From contig NC_042998.1 in assembly GCF_006345805.1 (NCBI RefSeq), positions 134,230,001 through 134,294,000 on the forward strand: DNA of 64,000 bases. The letters run 5' to 3'. Made by a program: the position numbers and the translations under genes. Below are positions 1 through 15,400 of the stretch, piece by piece. The stretch is from Octopus sinensis (lineage: Eukaryota). The notes beneath the pieces are model-generated. The model worked only from the letters and a program-made list of their open reading frames with translations. It had not been told where the DNA came from and did not search any database. Position 1 is the stretch's first letter. Each line of letters begins with the position of its first letter.

Positions 1-3000
1 GGCCCTTGGATGCCTTTAACAGAAAGCACTCTGTAATTAGGCCAGTACTCTGGTGTTTGTAGAACTTACCCTTTCCTCCTACCACCCTCAGAGCTCTTGT
101 GAATATTCAGGAGCACCACCCTTCTTTTACTAAACCTTCCATCCAGTAGGATGTGATTTGAGGGGCTGCTGCTAGCATTTCGAATGACCACATAAAATGG
201 TTCATATGTTTGAGCATATGATAAATAAAGGGATGCTGTGTAATCCTGACATGTGTTATTGTAGTAGTAGTGGTGGTGGTGGTGGTGGTAGTAGTAGTAT
301 ATACTGATATAAGGGGTGTTTCTGTAATGTTGCACACTTTTTCTCACACCCAAGGTTTTTATATTTTTATCAGTAATCAATATGCACTTGCTGTGAAGTG
401 TTCATAGTTTGATGTGTATGTATGAAGATAACTTGTGATGAAACCATTCAATATATACCCTTGTTTCGTTTGGATAATTCAATAAATAACCACGGATGGG
501 TAATGTGTGGAAAGCCTGCCTTTCTCCAGCTATAAACATGGTGGAGAGATTTGAACTCAGTAGTACCGCAACCTAATGAAACAGCCATCAATTATACAGT
601 GCTACTACTGCTGTACTGCTGCATCCAGTGTTAAGCTGTGTCTCCTACAGTACCTATTTATAGCTATTTAGAATAAGTCATTGAGAATTAGTTGTCATGG
701 ATGCATGTGAGAGAATATAGACTGTGGCCCAAATATCCATTAAGTCAATATCTAATCAATTTTCCCTTCCAGCTGCAAGGTCTGACAAGATAATGATGCA
801 CATGTCCACTGGCTTGTCTTATGGCTCATTACACTTTGTGTGGCATTATTTTTATAATCCAACTTTCAGATTTTTCAGTCATCCATAATTATGTGCCTCC
901 AAACTTTGTCCCATTGTGTGGAAACTTGAGCAGTGTCTTTCATTGTGATCTTGACATGACCCCTAGTCTTGTAAGTGAAGTTGGGTTGATGGAAATTTGC
1001 AGAATTCCATGGGCCTGTACTCATTCTTGAATGGTGGTAGACCTAATTCATTGCCCAGTTTAACACCACTATCTGGCCTTTGGCTACCTTTAGTAGAATC
1101 TGCTCAGTTGTAAAAATCTAGATCAGGTCTTTTGTTAGAAGATTAATTGGTGTGTTGCTTCCTATCCAAAGAATGTTGTTTCTTAATTACTTTCCCTCTC
1201 ACTAACCTTGAAGGCCATCCTAAGGTCATGTATGATGTTTTTGCTTGTCTGACTTAGCCACAACAGAATATTTTTTTTACTGATCTGAAAAATGTTTCAT
1301 TTACATTTTGAGTCAGTTCAATTGAATTTATTGTTTGTCTGATAATAAAAAGAGAGTAATTATTTACACTGTAAAGTAATTTTTATATATTTTACTATTA
1401 TTCTGTCTTGTTTGTCTCCTGTGCTGTTTATGTAATATTATTCTTTAACCATAGTGTTCCTCTTTGCATATATAGACACGTGTTAGAAGAATGAGGTAAA
1501 TATTGGTTTCATTCAGTTAATGCTTTCAAAATATGATGACAAGCAAGATGAAACATATTATATATAAAGATAAATAGAATATTTATTGGCAACATATTTT
1601 TGATATTTTTGTAAATTTTCTATAATTGTAACATTGTTTTTTTTTTTCACATTGTGGTTACCAAAGGTGGAGATCACATGACTACCATAAAGATAATAAA
1701 TGCCATGATAAGTATAGTAAAATCAATATTTACTGAAGAATAATATATTCTAATAAGCACACACTTTGGTCTCTAAGCTAATTTTTAGCTTAACTTTACT
1801 TTCTAGTCATGGTCGTTTGTAGTTGTCATTGTGTGAAACTGCATATAAGATGATAATGTTTGATTTCCATATTAATATTTACCTTAATCTGGATATTACC
1901 AACTTTTATTTGCCAAGCTGATTTCTCCTCAACATACTACATGAAAATGTGACAACCAACATATGAGAGTGAAAAAATAAACGTAAACATCTCTTAAACC
2001 CTGAAGGACTTTGAGAGTCAGTATTTAATTCTGATTTTATAATGTGAAGCAAATAAAATGTGAATCTCCTATAATAAGGTATCACAAGTAACATTTCCAG
2101 GTGATCTAATGATTATTCCCATGGTGTTGGGGTCCAAACATTATCAAGTATGGAAAATCTCAATGAACTGAATTTTAGTGCAAAGGTTTTGTTGAAAATA
2201 TCGTTAATAAATTAGTAATTAGCTCACATAAAAAAAGTTAAGTATGTAGGTTAAACATATGTTTTTGTTCTGTAAAACATAACGTTTCTAACTATGTCAG
2301 TATTGCTTTAAATTTTTTGTTGAAGTCTGACATGAATAGACTTTTTTTTTGTTTTTTCTTTTGTTTGTTTTGTTTTTTTATGAGTTTGGTTTCCTGTATT
2401 ATTTTCTGCAAATAGTATTAATATCTTACTAATTCAGTTTACTGGTAAGTTTAATTTCAGTAATCACATTTTATCCATTGCTACAAAAATACCAGGAATT
2501 CAGCTATCTTCCAGTTTTCCATAAAGGAAAAGCTATATATAATTCATACACACTCACCTAACCTTATTATGTTTTATACATACACACACACACACACACA
2601 CACTCAACTAATCTATGAATCCACGATGTTATATATGTATATGATGTCTACCTTAATTAGCTTAGAAAATATTTTAACATTCTCATAAACATTTTTCATC
2701 TCAATGCACATGAACTATGTAATCCATATTTCAATTTCCAAGTTTTCATTAGAACATTTCTTTCCTAACTAAAAATAATATAAACAACGTCTACATTCCA
2801 AGTTGCATCTTTTAAAAAAAATGTGATCCTCTCATACAGATTTATTTGTGAGCTATTTGTAACAAAAAATACTGATGAGAAAGAAAATTGAGTTCACAGT
2901 GAAACATAAATTTTATGAATTAGAGTTTTCTGGACTGTTAACTTCATCTTTTACGTTTCTCATCAGATGTCATGTTCCTGAGCTTATACATTTTCTCAAA

Positions 3001-3434
3001 CTTGATTTGAACTCATGACCTTTATTTCTAAGCAAATTGTATTAATGTCTGGAAATCAAGTTTAAAAATAAAGGTTCCAAGATTTCAGTCTAAGTATACA
3101 TTCCAGAAGAGAACACTTGACAATGATCTTAGATCAAACATATGGAAAGATTATGTAATTAGAAACAACAAATGATGATGTGGCTATAATAATTATGAAT
3201 AAGTAAAAAATCTTTAATTAGCCTGATAGTTCATCTCAGCTGTTCAGACATGTCAACAAACTTTATTCAGTAGTTAATATATTTAATGTAGCGAACATAA
3301 AAATATTCATTATTGCATTAATGTTGCCTGTTCCTTATCACAAGTATTTCTAATTAGATTTTTTTTAATATTCTCTACATTAAATATTTTCACACTAACT
3401 TAACTATTGTTTTCATATTACCAAAGTAACCTAG

Positions 3435-3975
3435 TCAACACTGCAGATGGGTGCTCTGAAAGCCTAGCTGTCTGAGTAAGAATGGAAGCTGAACTTTTTG
3501 CCTCTGCTGACAACAAAGGTATTCTCTCTCAAAGTTAAAGGCAGATTGTATAATGCTTGTATATGAAATGCAATATAACATAGTGAAAGATGGATATTGA
3601 ATGTAGAGGATATGTAGAGCTGGAACAAAATGAGGTATATATACATTGTTGGAGGTGTAAAGTGTGCACGAATGATGATGGAGCACAAATGAGGCAAGAA
3701 AAATGCTGAATTAAAAACGAATCAGATGTAGCATACTGAAGAAAAAACTGCTATTACAGACATATGATGCATATGGAGGATGACTATTGGGTAAAGAATT
3801 GCCAAGTGATCCAAGTGGAAGGAACCTGTGGAGATGATCAAAGAAAACATGAAGTGATGAAGGCTTATCTTGAAATACTGAACATTATGAAGCAGATAAC
3901 AAGAGGCAACAACAAGTAGCAAGGTACTGTGCTGGAAAAGACTCTTGCAAGCATGGGAAAACTCATGCAAAATAG
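3435..3975 (+). mobile_element. Degenerate 3' end of an RTE-type LINE (post-RT region)
   Basis: ttctctctcaaagttaaaggcagattgtataatgcttgt reads FSLKVKGRLYNAC and gtggaaggaacctgtgga reads VEGTCG; both parallel the better-preserved copy at 45565-45953. Many stops. Confidence 0.65.
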
Positions 3976-4769
3976 CATGATGGTGCCAGAGTAATTTATA
4001 ACCTCAGTGATTTACTTATTCAGTAGGGATGTCAAGCATTTTGGATGAAATTGAGTCTGTAGCTGAGTCTAGTTGAGTTAGTAAAATTCTGGAAGTTGTT
4101 GGTTAGCTGAATTGTTAATGATGAGTGACTGTTTGTTGCCTGTCTGGTTATTGGCTGAAAGACAAGCTGACTCGCTATCTTTGACTAGAAATTGCTTACT
4201 GCTTTGCTAATTCATGTATTACTGACCTGAACTTTTACTTAGTAGAAAGGCTTTACTTTGCTTTTTATAACATGTGAGAATTGTTTAATCTGTGTGTGTA
4301 GGCATGTGTGAATAATATGCATGAAGAATGGTTGCTTCTGTTAAGTTAATTGTCCTGAGAGGTTTTGACCTTTTAGTGACATTCTGTTCACAGAAGAATT
4401 CCATTCACCCCACTCAAATGATGAGATTAGTGTAGCTTGAATGATGGAATGTTTCTTTTAAAAAGCTTGGTAGTAATGGATTTTTGCTGGGTTTAAGATT
4501 ATCTGAGAGGTTTGGCTATAATTCATTTTTACCAAGCTATGTCTGAGATGCTTAGCATTGATGGATTTGATCAATTTAGATATGATCTTGTCAAATATGC
4601 AGCTATATATGTAAATCTGTTACTAGCATAAAATTTGTCCTTTCTTTGTCTCTTCTGTGACATTTACAAAAGTTTTGTTCTACTGATATTGCTGATGTAT
4701 TCCACCTGATATTGCTGATATATTCCACCTGAATTCACTAACTTCCAACTAAATTAATCTCAAACTAAG

Positions 4770-4958
4770 GAGCCTTGACCTTCTAGAAATAGCAGCCAAA
4801 TCCCCATTAACTTCTACCCTACCATCTGAAAAATACATAATATGATGTAATCCTGGATGCACAAAAGTTTAAGGAAGAAAAACATGGGATGGACATAGCT
4901 GGAATAACTTTGATAAAGATCTGTTCATTCAAAGATGACAAAAGGCTAAACAGCAACT
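4770..4958 (+). repeat. Dispersed ~190-bp repeat family (SINE-like); other decayed copies near 12640-12820, 26465-26630, 40200-40380 (+) and 39530-39700 (-)
   Basis: Shared motifs AGAAATAGCAGCCAAAT..., ...GCTGGAAT..CTTTGAT... and a terminal AAACA(G/A)CAAC across copies. Confidence 0.55.
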
Positions 4959-7900
4959 GGTTTCACCTGTTTCAATTAGCTGTTCTGTATTTCATCCCAC
5001 AGCCAACTCATTAAGCACTTTTCCCAGAGTATACTTCTCAGAAACTCACTTCCTGTTTGTTTTCTGAATACAGGACAAAAAGTCACTGGAAACCTTCAAT
5101 AAATGACTGATTTTATTATTTTTTTCTTTTATTTAAGAAGTTGAATAAAATAATGTTCTTGTTCTGTACAAGTCATATATTGTCATTTAGTAGATAATTT
5201 AAAATATCTAATTAATCTATTATTTATGGTATTTAATTGAAACATGATATTTTTTTGTGAAGTTTTACCTTGTTACAGTTTTAACTTCCCTTCCTATAGC
5301 TTTATTTCCATTCACCAGTTTTCTCTTCCAATCCTTTGCTCAAATTTAAGCAGTAACCTTATTTATTTTCCCCAGGTGTCTTTATCTTGCAATTTCTAGG
5401 GACATAGAGAAAGGGATCTGTTTTTTTTTTCTTGTCAGTCTTAATAATTCTAAAAAAATGTTACAATATATAAATTGAAATTTTCTGCTAATTTTAGTAG
5501 CTTTTGTTCCATATCTAATATTAAGGAGATACTTTGAAAAAAAATCGAATATATGAACTTAGATTTTGTGTATATTCTTCTCAATGCATTGTCTCTTCCT
5601 TAATCAAAGTAACTTGATTAGTTCAGTTTGCATGGTGTGTCTCTTTCGATCTCTAGAAAGTTTTTCATGCTGTTCATTTTAATATATTTTTTGAAAAATT
5701 TGTTCAAGGTTTAGGTCATATATGAAGTAAGACTAGTAATATGTATGTCTGCATCATAATTTGGTTCAGTGTTAAAACAACACAATTATGTCAGTCATGG
5801 AATGTCATAAGGATTTGTTCTCATCCTGCTGTATATTAACAAAGTCAGATAAATAAATATTACAAAACCTCATCAATTTGCTTTATAATAGCAGCTTATA
5901 CACACACACACACACACACACTAAATCTTCGGAGTTGATAGAGAAAAGATTAAACATACATCTATATAATCCCTGTGTCAGAAGCTTAATACAAATAATA
6001 TATCTTTAAATATATTTAAGACTGAATTATGCTTTGTTTCTTTATAAACAAACATGCAAACAAAAGTTTTAGGTTTTTTTTGGGCCCTCACTTAAAATGG
6101 GCAATTAATGAAGACAATTTGCATCCTAGCAAATTTATTCAATAATAATTTAGCATCCTAGCAAATTGTTTTAGGATCTTGATGTCCAGTGTAGAATAGA
6201 CATGTCACTAGTTTAACATGAAATGGAGCTCCATTTCCCTCAATCAATTCTATTTCAATCTGTTTTCCATCGACAATTCCTCTTTTATGATTACACACCT
6301 TAAGCTTAAAGCTTAGCTATTATTCACATGCGAGTATGACTTGGTAGTTTGTGCCTATGTGTTTGCAAGAAAACTAGATTCCCTCTCAATCTGCCAAAAA
6401 CATGAAAGATGTGACAGCTGGAGGGAGAGAGATCTGTGCCAGTAGTTAGCTGGTACTCATTTTCAGCTGAGTAGGCTGGAGTATTGTGAAATGAAGCAGC
6501 TTGCTCAAGGACACATGTTAACCAGTCCAGAAATTGAACCTATGACTTTATGATTATGAGCCCAAACACCCTAACCACTAAGCCACTCAGTAAAAAACAA
6601 TTCTATCATATCACTTTTTGAAGCTGGTGCTCTTAGAATCCTAAAATATTGTCCTTTTCACTAATCAAGTCAGATTCTACTCTGATTTTATTTTTATCAA
6701 TGTCAATATTGAAATCTTTTAATGTTTCATGTCAAAACATCTTTGCTTATCTTTTGCCAAATTGCAAGGATTTGTAGATCCAGTGCTTGTTTCCAGTTTT
6801 TGTAGCATTAAACTGTTGATATACATTTATCCCTGGATAGTATGATGATAGTGTTTACTACATGAAGGATTAAGCTGATTATTGCACTAATCAAGCAATT
6901 CCACAGTGGTTAATTTTATAATGCAGCAATCTACTTAAAGCTAGGTAAATTCATGTAATAACAGTTATATGCCAGGCGTGTAATAAGTAGATACAATCAG
7001 TATACCTGAATCCCTACTGTGGATGTGATGGACAAGGAAGCAATACATAGACTGGAGTACAGTACCATTTGAAGTTTCATTCATCAATAAAATAACTATT
7101 AGTAATGTGCTTGTGGATGTTTGTCTAATCATTTGAACAATTAACTCTATGCTGATCTAATAATAAATCATTATGACAATTAAGTAGAAGTATGAAGGAA
7201 AGGAGAAGGAAACTTAAAACATTACTCAACCTCAATGTTGGAGGGGAATCTCAGTTTATGCAAATAAAATACATGTTGTTAGAATGTAATACAGCAACAA
7301 ATTTATCAGGCGAATAAGTATTTCAATAAATTGCTTTGAGGTCAAATGAATTACATCATCTATGGAGAGAAGTGGTATCAGGTTTATTGGCCTTGTTCAG
7401 TTTTTGGCTATTGAATATAGTACATAGCCAAAACTGAAGAAATATTGATAACATTCTTGTAATATGAGAATAAAAGAAAATATCAATTATAAACCCATAT
7501 GCACAAACACACTCTCTCTCTCGTATATATGCACACATACGCGCATACTCATTCACATTTATGTTTGTGTGTGTGCACTTATGTAGAAATGCACTAGCAT
7601 GCACATATGTAGAAAACTAAAAATTTGGTTTCTATTATTTCTGAGGAATTTTTGCCTAGCTAGGACTAGAAACTCTTCACATAATTGCTATTACTGTATA
7701 TACTCATGAGGCAGATGGCTGACAGAGTTGTTTGAAGATCAGATAGTTTGCTTTGTGGTAATTGTTCCAATTCTTTGCACTCTGAGGTCAAATTATGCTG
7801 AAGTCATCCCATGCCTTTCATCCTTTCAGGGTTGATAAACAGAAGTAACAGTGCTGTACTGGTGTTGGTTCTTCTCTTTCTCTCACTCTATCATTCTGTC

Positions 7901-8139
7901 TATATGTCTTTCTCTCTTCTGAAATAAATCAACTGCAATCACTCCTGGAGAGGGATGCCAGGTCTAAAAATGCCCAAGACACACCATAACAATTCCCTTC
8001 AATTCCATCAGGTAGAGGGTCCAAGACAAGGCAAACATCCACATAAAGGTTAACAAAGAAAATTTCTTAGGTATGTGTTACAACAGTACCTGGTTTTATT
8101 GAAACTTTATAAATATGATTTTATAAATATAAATTGTCT

Positions 8140-9490
8140 TGCAGAATGGTATAGCTGTCTTGCAGAATAGTATAGCTGCAATTATCTCTGCCTATGCCCC
8201 ACAAGTGGGACTACCAAATGAACAGATGGATCACTTGTATGATATTCTTCTGTAGGCTACCTCAAAGATGTGTGACAATGATCTCATCTTTGTGGCTGGA
8301 GATTTTAACGGGCATGTTGGACAGCAACCTGGTATCTTCCATGGTGTACATAGGGGCCATGGAGTTGGTACCAGAAATGAAGAGGAACTAGGCTCCTGGA
8401 GTTCTGCAATACAAGCAAACTATTGATCTGCAACACCAACTTCAAGAAGCCAGCTAGCCACCTGATAACCTACCAATCAGGTGACTCTGCTAGCCAGATT
8501 GATTTCATTCTCACCAGACAGCAGGATGCATAGTTGCTCTTAAATACAAAGACCCTCCCTGGTGAAGAATGTATCCTCCAGCATAAACTAGTTATTAATG
8601 ACTTTAGACTCGAGGGCAGAAGGATGCCGATAAACAGACCAATCTGGAAAACAAGGACTTGGAAGCTTAAGAACCTTTCACATGGTCAGAGATTTAGGGA
8701 TTCTTTACCGAGAAATTTGATGATAGATAGGAGAAGCTACAGTCCTGTGATATAGGAAGGCAGCTGGGAATTCTTGCAAGACAGCTTGCTGAGTGCCATG
8801 GATCAAATCTGTGGCTGGTACAAAGTCCCTCTATACCTAGGGTAACATGGTAGTGGAACAGTACTGTAGACAGGGCCATTAGAGCAAAGAAACAGGCTTG
8901 GAAGGCCTGGAAGGGTGGAGGTAGCAGGAGAATGTATCAGATAGCAAAAAGGAAAGCTAGGAGACAGGTATATATAGCCAAGGGAGAAGCAGAAAAGAAG
9001 TTTGTCAACGTTCAGCAATGTAAGGACCAAAGAACTGGAGTATTTCGGATTGCAAGACAGTGTTTGCGAGAAAACTGTGATATCATAGAAGAGAAATGTG
9101 TCCACATTTATGATGGTGCTCTTGCATTTAATGATTCTGCAAAGAAAGTGGCTTGGAGATGCCATTATGAAACACAGCTGAATGTGGGGAATGAATGGAC
9201 AGAGGAGAGTCTGTCAAAGGTTGACCCAATTGAGGGACTAGCTACTCGAATCGACAGTACTCTGGTAGATAAAGCAACTAAGGATGTGAAGACAGGGAAA
9301 GCACCTGGCTCATCAGGAATCACCACTGAAATGCTTAAAATATTGGGTGGTGTGGGTTATGGTCTTGTCACCCGCATTGTAAATCAAGTAGTTCATGATG
9401 GAGTCCTACCCAATGACTGGTGTAGCAGCACCATAGTCAACTGCTACGAAGGTAAATGTAATGCTTTAGATAGAAATAACTACTAAGGGT
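8140..9490 (+). mobile_element. RTE-clade LINE fragment (APE endonuclease through start of RT), pseudogenised
   Basis: Frames read ISAYAPQVG, AGDFNGHVG, NTNFKK, QIDFILTR, QHKLV, then KTGKAPGSSGITTEMLK...PNDWCSSTIVNCYEGKCNALDRNNY. These are APE and pre-RT motifs of RTE LINEs. Stops and frameshifts present; truncated at about 9490. Confidence 0.9.
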
Positions 9491-12400
9491 CACTAGAAAG
9501 TCTACTAAGTGAGAATTCATCCGGACTTACAAGATGTTCACTAATTTCACTTATTTATTTATTTATCTATATTATATCACAAAATTGGTGAATAATAATA
9601 TTGTTGGTTATGTTTCCAGCAAGTCAATTGTTGGTTCATGCTATCAAAATTAGTGGGAACCTGTAACCAAATGTAAAAACAAAAAAACAAACTATTGGAA
9701 ACTTGTAATAAACTAATAAAAAAAACGAAAGACAAAAAAATCCCACTTATTAATTATAAACTCATAGGCTTGAGGTGTAACTGAAACATGAAAGTGTCAT
9801 GGTCTGTAGGTTGTGGGCTGGTCTGTAGTGATGACTGGGTGTGGTGATGAATGAAAATATGTTTGTTGTGCTGTGTGTAGATATAACTCAACAACACCAG
9901 CGGACATTTAACAAAGGATTTTATTACCATGCATAAATACAAACTGCATTGGTCTTTTACAGATAACAACAATAATAATTACTTACTGGGAGAAAGATAT
10001 TGCTTGGAGTTTAGTGCAACATGTGGCTGGTCCAGTGTTATATTTGAGATGATAGAAGTTCTTGTCATCTATCTGTGCCACCTGTTTTAGCCATCTTCCT
10101 GGGTTGTCTGACTGGTAAAAATGCATTTTGTAGGAAACCAGAAGTCAAATTCTAGAATATTTGAGAAAAACTGGCCATACCATCATTTCACACTGATTGG
10201 TTGGTTAATAGACCAATCATGTGATACTATGATGGTTTGCTCATGATGTCTAACCACATATCCAAGAATTTAGTTTCAAATCCCTGCTACAAAGACAACA
10301 GACCTTCACAGGAAAGCAGTGTTTCTTTTCTAAAGCTGTGTTAAACAGGGATGTTTCTTGTGTTAGATTGTTAGTGTTAATCTTTATCTTGGGTCAAAAT
10401 TAGCCAAAGTGTTTTCTCTATATCATAGCCCACTAGAAAGGATGCTAGTCAGTCAAGAGTAACTTTCCCAAAGGCCTTGTAGCTGTTCTCATCCTAAATA
10501 AACTGAAGCAATGTAGTGTTAAATAATTTGCTTATGATTAACGAGCTTTGCAATCATGTGGTTTTAGGTTCAGTCCCACTATGCAGCTCCTTAAATAAGT
10601 GTCTTCTACTTTAGCACTGGACCAACAATTGCCTTGTGAGTGAACTTGCCAGATGGAAACTGTGTTAAAGCCTATCATATGTGTGTGTGTGCATCTTTGT
10701 GTTTGTCCCTTACCATTTTGCCTTTAATAAAAAAAAAATTTTTTTAAATGAATATATTTATGTGCACACACATACACTAAATATGAGTTTCAGTGGTTCA
10801 ACTTTTATCAACTAGGTACATTAAGGTTATGTGGAATAACGCACCTTTCCTAGAAAAACAAGAAATAATTTGCTCAAATAATTTTAAGATCAGTTTGCTA
10901 ATTTTATTTTCAAAAGTCGTTAGTGACTGTGAGATTCGTTCTGCTGACCAATCAGCTTCAAAATATGAGTTCTAATCTTCAAGCAACCATTGTACTATGC
11001 CTTTTTGCTTGCTACTGTAATAGAACTTACAGCAAAGTTAGCTCTGTTTACTTCTTGCTTGAGTGGTTAAGTATAGAGAAAAGGCATCCATCTATCTAGT
11101 AATGAAAAAATGGAATACTTGCTCTTATAATGCATGTGCAACTGTACGAATTTATAATATGACTCTTTCATGCAGATAGGAAAAACTAAAAATAGAAAAT
11201 AAACACAGTAAAAATTGAAACAAATAAAAACTTGCTTTGGTTTCTGCTCTTAGAAATCCTATTTGAAATTATTTTCCTATTGTAATTATTAATTAATTTT
11301 CAATTATGCTCAGCATTTTCCACACCGCTCCTACATACTACACTTTTATCTTTTTACTTTTGTTGATTTTGTTTTAAACAAACACAATATATAAATCTGG
11401 AAGCTATTACATCTTCCCTATCATTTGCAACAATGAGTGAGGGTTTCTTTTTTAATTTTCATCCAACTATCATTTTCCATGCTTGTGATATTAATTAATA
11501 CCAGCACAGTGATTTTCTTAGATACTCCAACAAATGCTTCTAACATCCCATTCTCTCTTTGTCTCTAAACATATATAAAATCATAGTTTCCATTCCAATC
11601 ATTTCAAAATTTCCTCTCCTACTGCTTAGAATTTTCTTCCATGTATTACACATCTAACTTAAATATTATGCAACATCGTCCTGCAATTTCCCTTTTATAG
11701 AGTGAGGCTTTATTTTTTTTTTCAATAATACTATCGCTCCTAATACCTCTAGACACCCTGTTCTGCTCCTGCATTCTTCAACTGTTTTTCTTTCAGTTGT
11801 ATCATCCACAAGTTCTGTGACACCCTTTCTTAATTCTTTTTTAGAACTTTTACTTTTAAAACCTTTCATTTCCTCCACATTCCTACCTTATTACAAATAA
11901 ACATTTTAAACATGACAATCTTGACTGGCCATCGCAATAAGTAAACTCTACCATAATTTATATTAATAATATTATAAACGATCATTGGAGATTGTTGTTA
12001 AAATGGAGGGTGGCTAGCAGAATCGGTATTTAGCTAATCCCCTTTATGTTCTGAATTTAAAATTCCATCTTTGTCCATTTTGTCTTTATTCTCTCATGGT
12101 TGCTAAAATTAATACTGAGGCAGGAGCAAAGTTGATGTTATCAACTATACTCTAGAAATTTGTTCCTCAGATTGAACAAAGTCCAGTGCCTGAAACCAGT
12201 GAAAGAAGCTAGAATATATGTTCCTTTTTAAGAAAAGGTGTAAGGTGGAGAAATAAATAAATTGGTTGAAATTACTTTACAATTGCTACAAATATGTTGT
12301 TGTTTTTATTGTCATCTGTGGTAGTAAGTTCTCAAGTTAAGCCCACAACTCAGTATCAGTTCCTACTGAATCAGTTATATTTCCTTTACACTGCATATGC

Positions 12401-15400
12401 TTTTGAGGAAAGTCCAGAATAACTCAAACTTTTTTTGTTTGTTCTCTCATCCAAAATTGTGTAAGATTTATCACTTAGTTGATATTTCAATTAACTTATC
12501 ATCCTGCTGTATATCTGGTGTTAAAATGTGAGCATAATCATTGTCTGTTTTTATAGTTCAACTGTGTTGTTACTAAAACATTCTCTGTTCATTTTTCATT
12601 TATTGATTAGGCTCTGCTTTAACTTCAAAAGAGCCTCTATGTGATTAGTTATCCTGCAAGAAATAGCAGCCAATTTTCCTTCAAATCATACTCTACAATC
12701 TTAAGTAAAAATCCATTGACCAATGTTTTCATGATATACCAAAAGTTAGATGGTTAAGACTGAAATGCTTTTGACTTTAGGTGTATTCATTTATAGTTGG
12801 ACTTGGACCAAACAACAACTGTTTGTTGCTTAAGTAATGAAGAAACTTCTATACAATTGCTCAGTCTGTTTAATGTAGCAGCCAATGTTCTCCAGTAAAT
12901 GCCCTGCTAAAATGAAAACTAGATGCTTTAATTCTTGAATTTAAGGATCGCAAACATGGTTAACTGGTTGACCATGACTAAGATATTGATGATAAGGAAA
13001 TATTTGCCACAAAACCTATAATACTGGAAATTTTCATATTTAAATATCTGTGGTTTTTGAAGTATGGAATGTTCCTCATCATTTGATCAGCAACCTGTTT
13101 GAAATTTCTATACACAAGCAGAATTTACTGGCTAGCCAAAACTATTTGATACATAAAAAAAAAATCTGTTTCTTGCCATTCATGATGTGCTCCACTTTCT
13201 TAAAAAAAAATTAAATATTACCTAATTGTTATTCTTATAGCTAGGAAACTTGTCATAATTTTCAACTTCAGTTTCAATTAAAAAAAACAAATCGTGATTT
13301 CAAATACAGTTATAAGAAAGAAAGCATTTTCTGCTGTCTTCTTGCTCTTTCTTTATTTAAATATCTGTCATCTTTCCAATTTCAGCCCTGCCTGCACACT
13401 ACTTTCTATTTACCTGTAAATTTTATATCCTCTTCTGATACATATCTTTTGTATCTCTCATACCATTAATCCAGTTTTAGATTAAATACATTACCCAATA
13501 TCTTTATTTTAGTTAGCTACCTCAGCATTTTAGTGTTTACTTGGATCAAATGTCATTTATCTTTCCTTCTACAAGTATACTCTTCTGACACAGATATACC
13601 ACACTATAGAATATTTTTTGTTAAACTCAGCATATTTGCTTTCATATCAGACTAGTGCATTATGGAGACAAAAACAAATTCATTTGCTTAAAAAGCAAAT
13701 ATCCCCCATTTCCTCTCTTTTTCTAATGCAGTAATTACAATTACCACTTCTTTTCTAAATTTAATACCATTCTTTGCTTTTCTTATTCAAGTCCTTTTAA
13801 TGCTCTTGCTTATCTTCTTTGTAGTACTTTCCTTTTGATTTTGTACCATTCACTATCCATTTCCTCCACCCCTAAGACTATATCCATTTAGAACTTAACC
13901 CTTGCCAATGTTCTTTTCTAAATATTAAATGTCCATATGTGAGCTTTTAAAATGTGTGCAATTCAAATTAAATATTGACAGCATGGAACTTACTAATCTA
14001 TCCCAGTTTAGTAAAATCTAGCCTACTTTTTTTCTTTTAGGTTATCAGTGTGCATATGTTGTTGTGTGTGTGTGTGTGTGTAGCTGTATGGATATTTTTG
14101 TGCACATAAGAGTTTGCAAGAAAGGGATTGTCAGTTGAAGTAACTCAACTTATATGACAAGTACTTATTCAGGCAAGATCATTCTTGGTAATCGGTATTA
14201 TTTGAAATCAAAAGTTTGAGGGAAGATAACAATTTAAAGCATTTAGTCTACCATAACATTGTTCTCTGCCAATCTAATATCTTCTTTCTTTAATATTAAA
14301 TCTGCAATGATTCAATTTAAATATTAACTGTATTAAACTTATCTAACTATCCCAGTTTAGTAAAACTTAAAATGAATTTACATATGTACACATGTATGGT
14401 GTGCATGTGTGTGTGTAAATGCATAGATGTATGTGTATGTACATGAAGTTTATAAAGTACATGACAGTTTGTAAAGTAATTATGGATGGATATTTCAGCT
14501 ATTGATGGAAGCGCTTCAATAATGGATTTATTTAAACTGAACTAATGCAGGCATAAATAGATTTTGCTTGCAATTGAAAACAGAATAAAATAAAATAGCT
14601 TAGAATAGAGAAGCACAAGATAGATGATTTGAAATAATTACTGCAGCAAATACAATTATTTACATTTTTTTCTTTTATTCTGTTTGATCTTGACACTAAT
14701 TCAACCAAATGTAATAAAACATTAGTTATGTTTATATTTCCCTTGCTATGATCCAGCAAAAAGAAAAAAAATGTATTTATCGGATATTTAGTCAATTAAA
14801 CTACTGTTTTGCTGCATGATTACTGTTTTGCTTCTAGCATCTATTTGTTTCATTTAGATTGGCGGGGAATAGTTTTTCTCTGTGTTTTTTTTTTGTTTGT
14901 TTTTAGTAGAGATAGTTTGCATATCTGTTGGACCAATTTGTTTTTCCACTTGTATGCTCTTATCACTGTTAATCACTTATATATGAAAGGAACAGTTGAA
15001 CCTGTATGTCAGTCACACTGACTAATGGAAGCAATGTTATTATGGGCTTCTCCTTGGAGACTGAATACAGTTGCTAAGATACACTAATAAATTTTGAGCT
15101 CAATTCTATGAGGCTAGTAGTCCAGCTCCTTGATATTACTATGTTTCATTAAATTATGAATATTGCTATGGAATTGGTTTGTAATTTGCGGATGTTTTTT
15201 TTTTTTTTATATATTCTAATTAGAGTTGATTTCTGCACAAGATTTTATAACCAGTATTTTTCCATGTTATAAGAGAAAGAAGAGCTGTAAAAATCTTTTA
15301 CAAGAATCAACTGGGATTGAAATTTTAAAAAAAAGTATCAAAAATTTAACATGGAGAACAGTAGCTGTGAGGTGAAGGTGATAGACCAATGATCCTATTT

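Noticed and set aside
60-560. Possible very old non-LTR fragment (SEGGR-like motif on the - strand)
   Set aside because: Too degraded to assign by eye.
2945-2970. - strand CTGATGA-GAAACGTA, resembling a hammerhead core
   Set aside because: No stem II between the core halves and stem I is out of register; likely chance.
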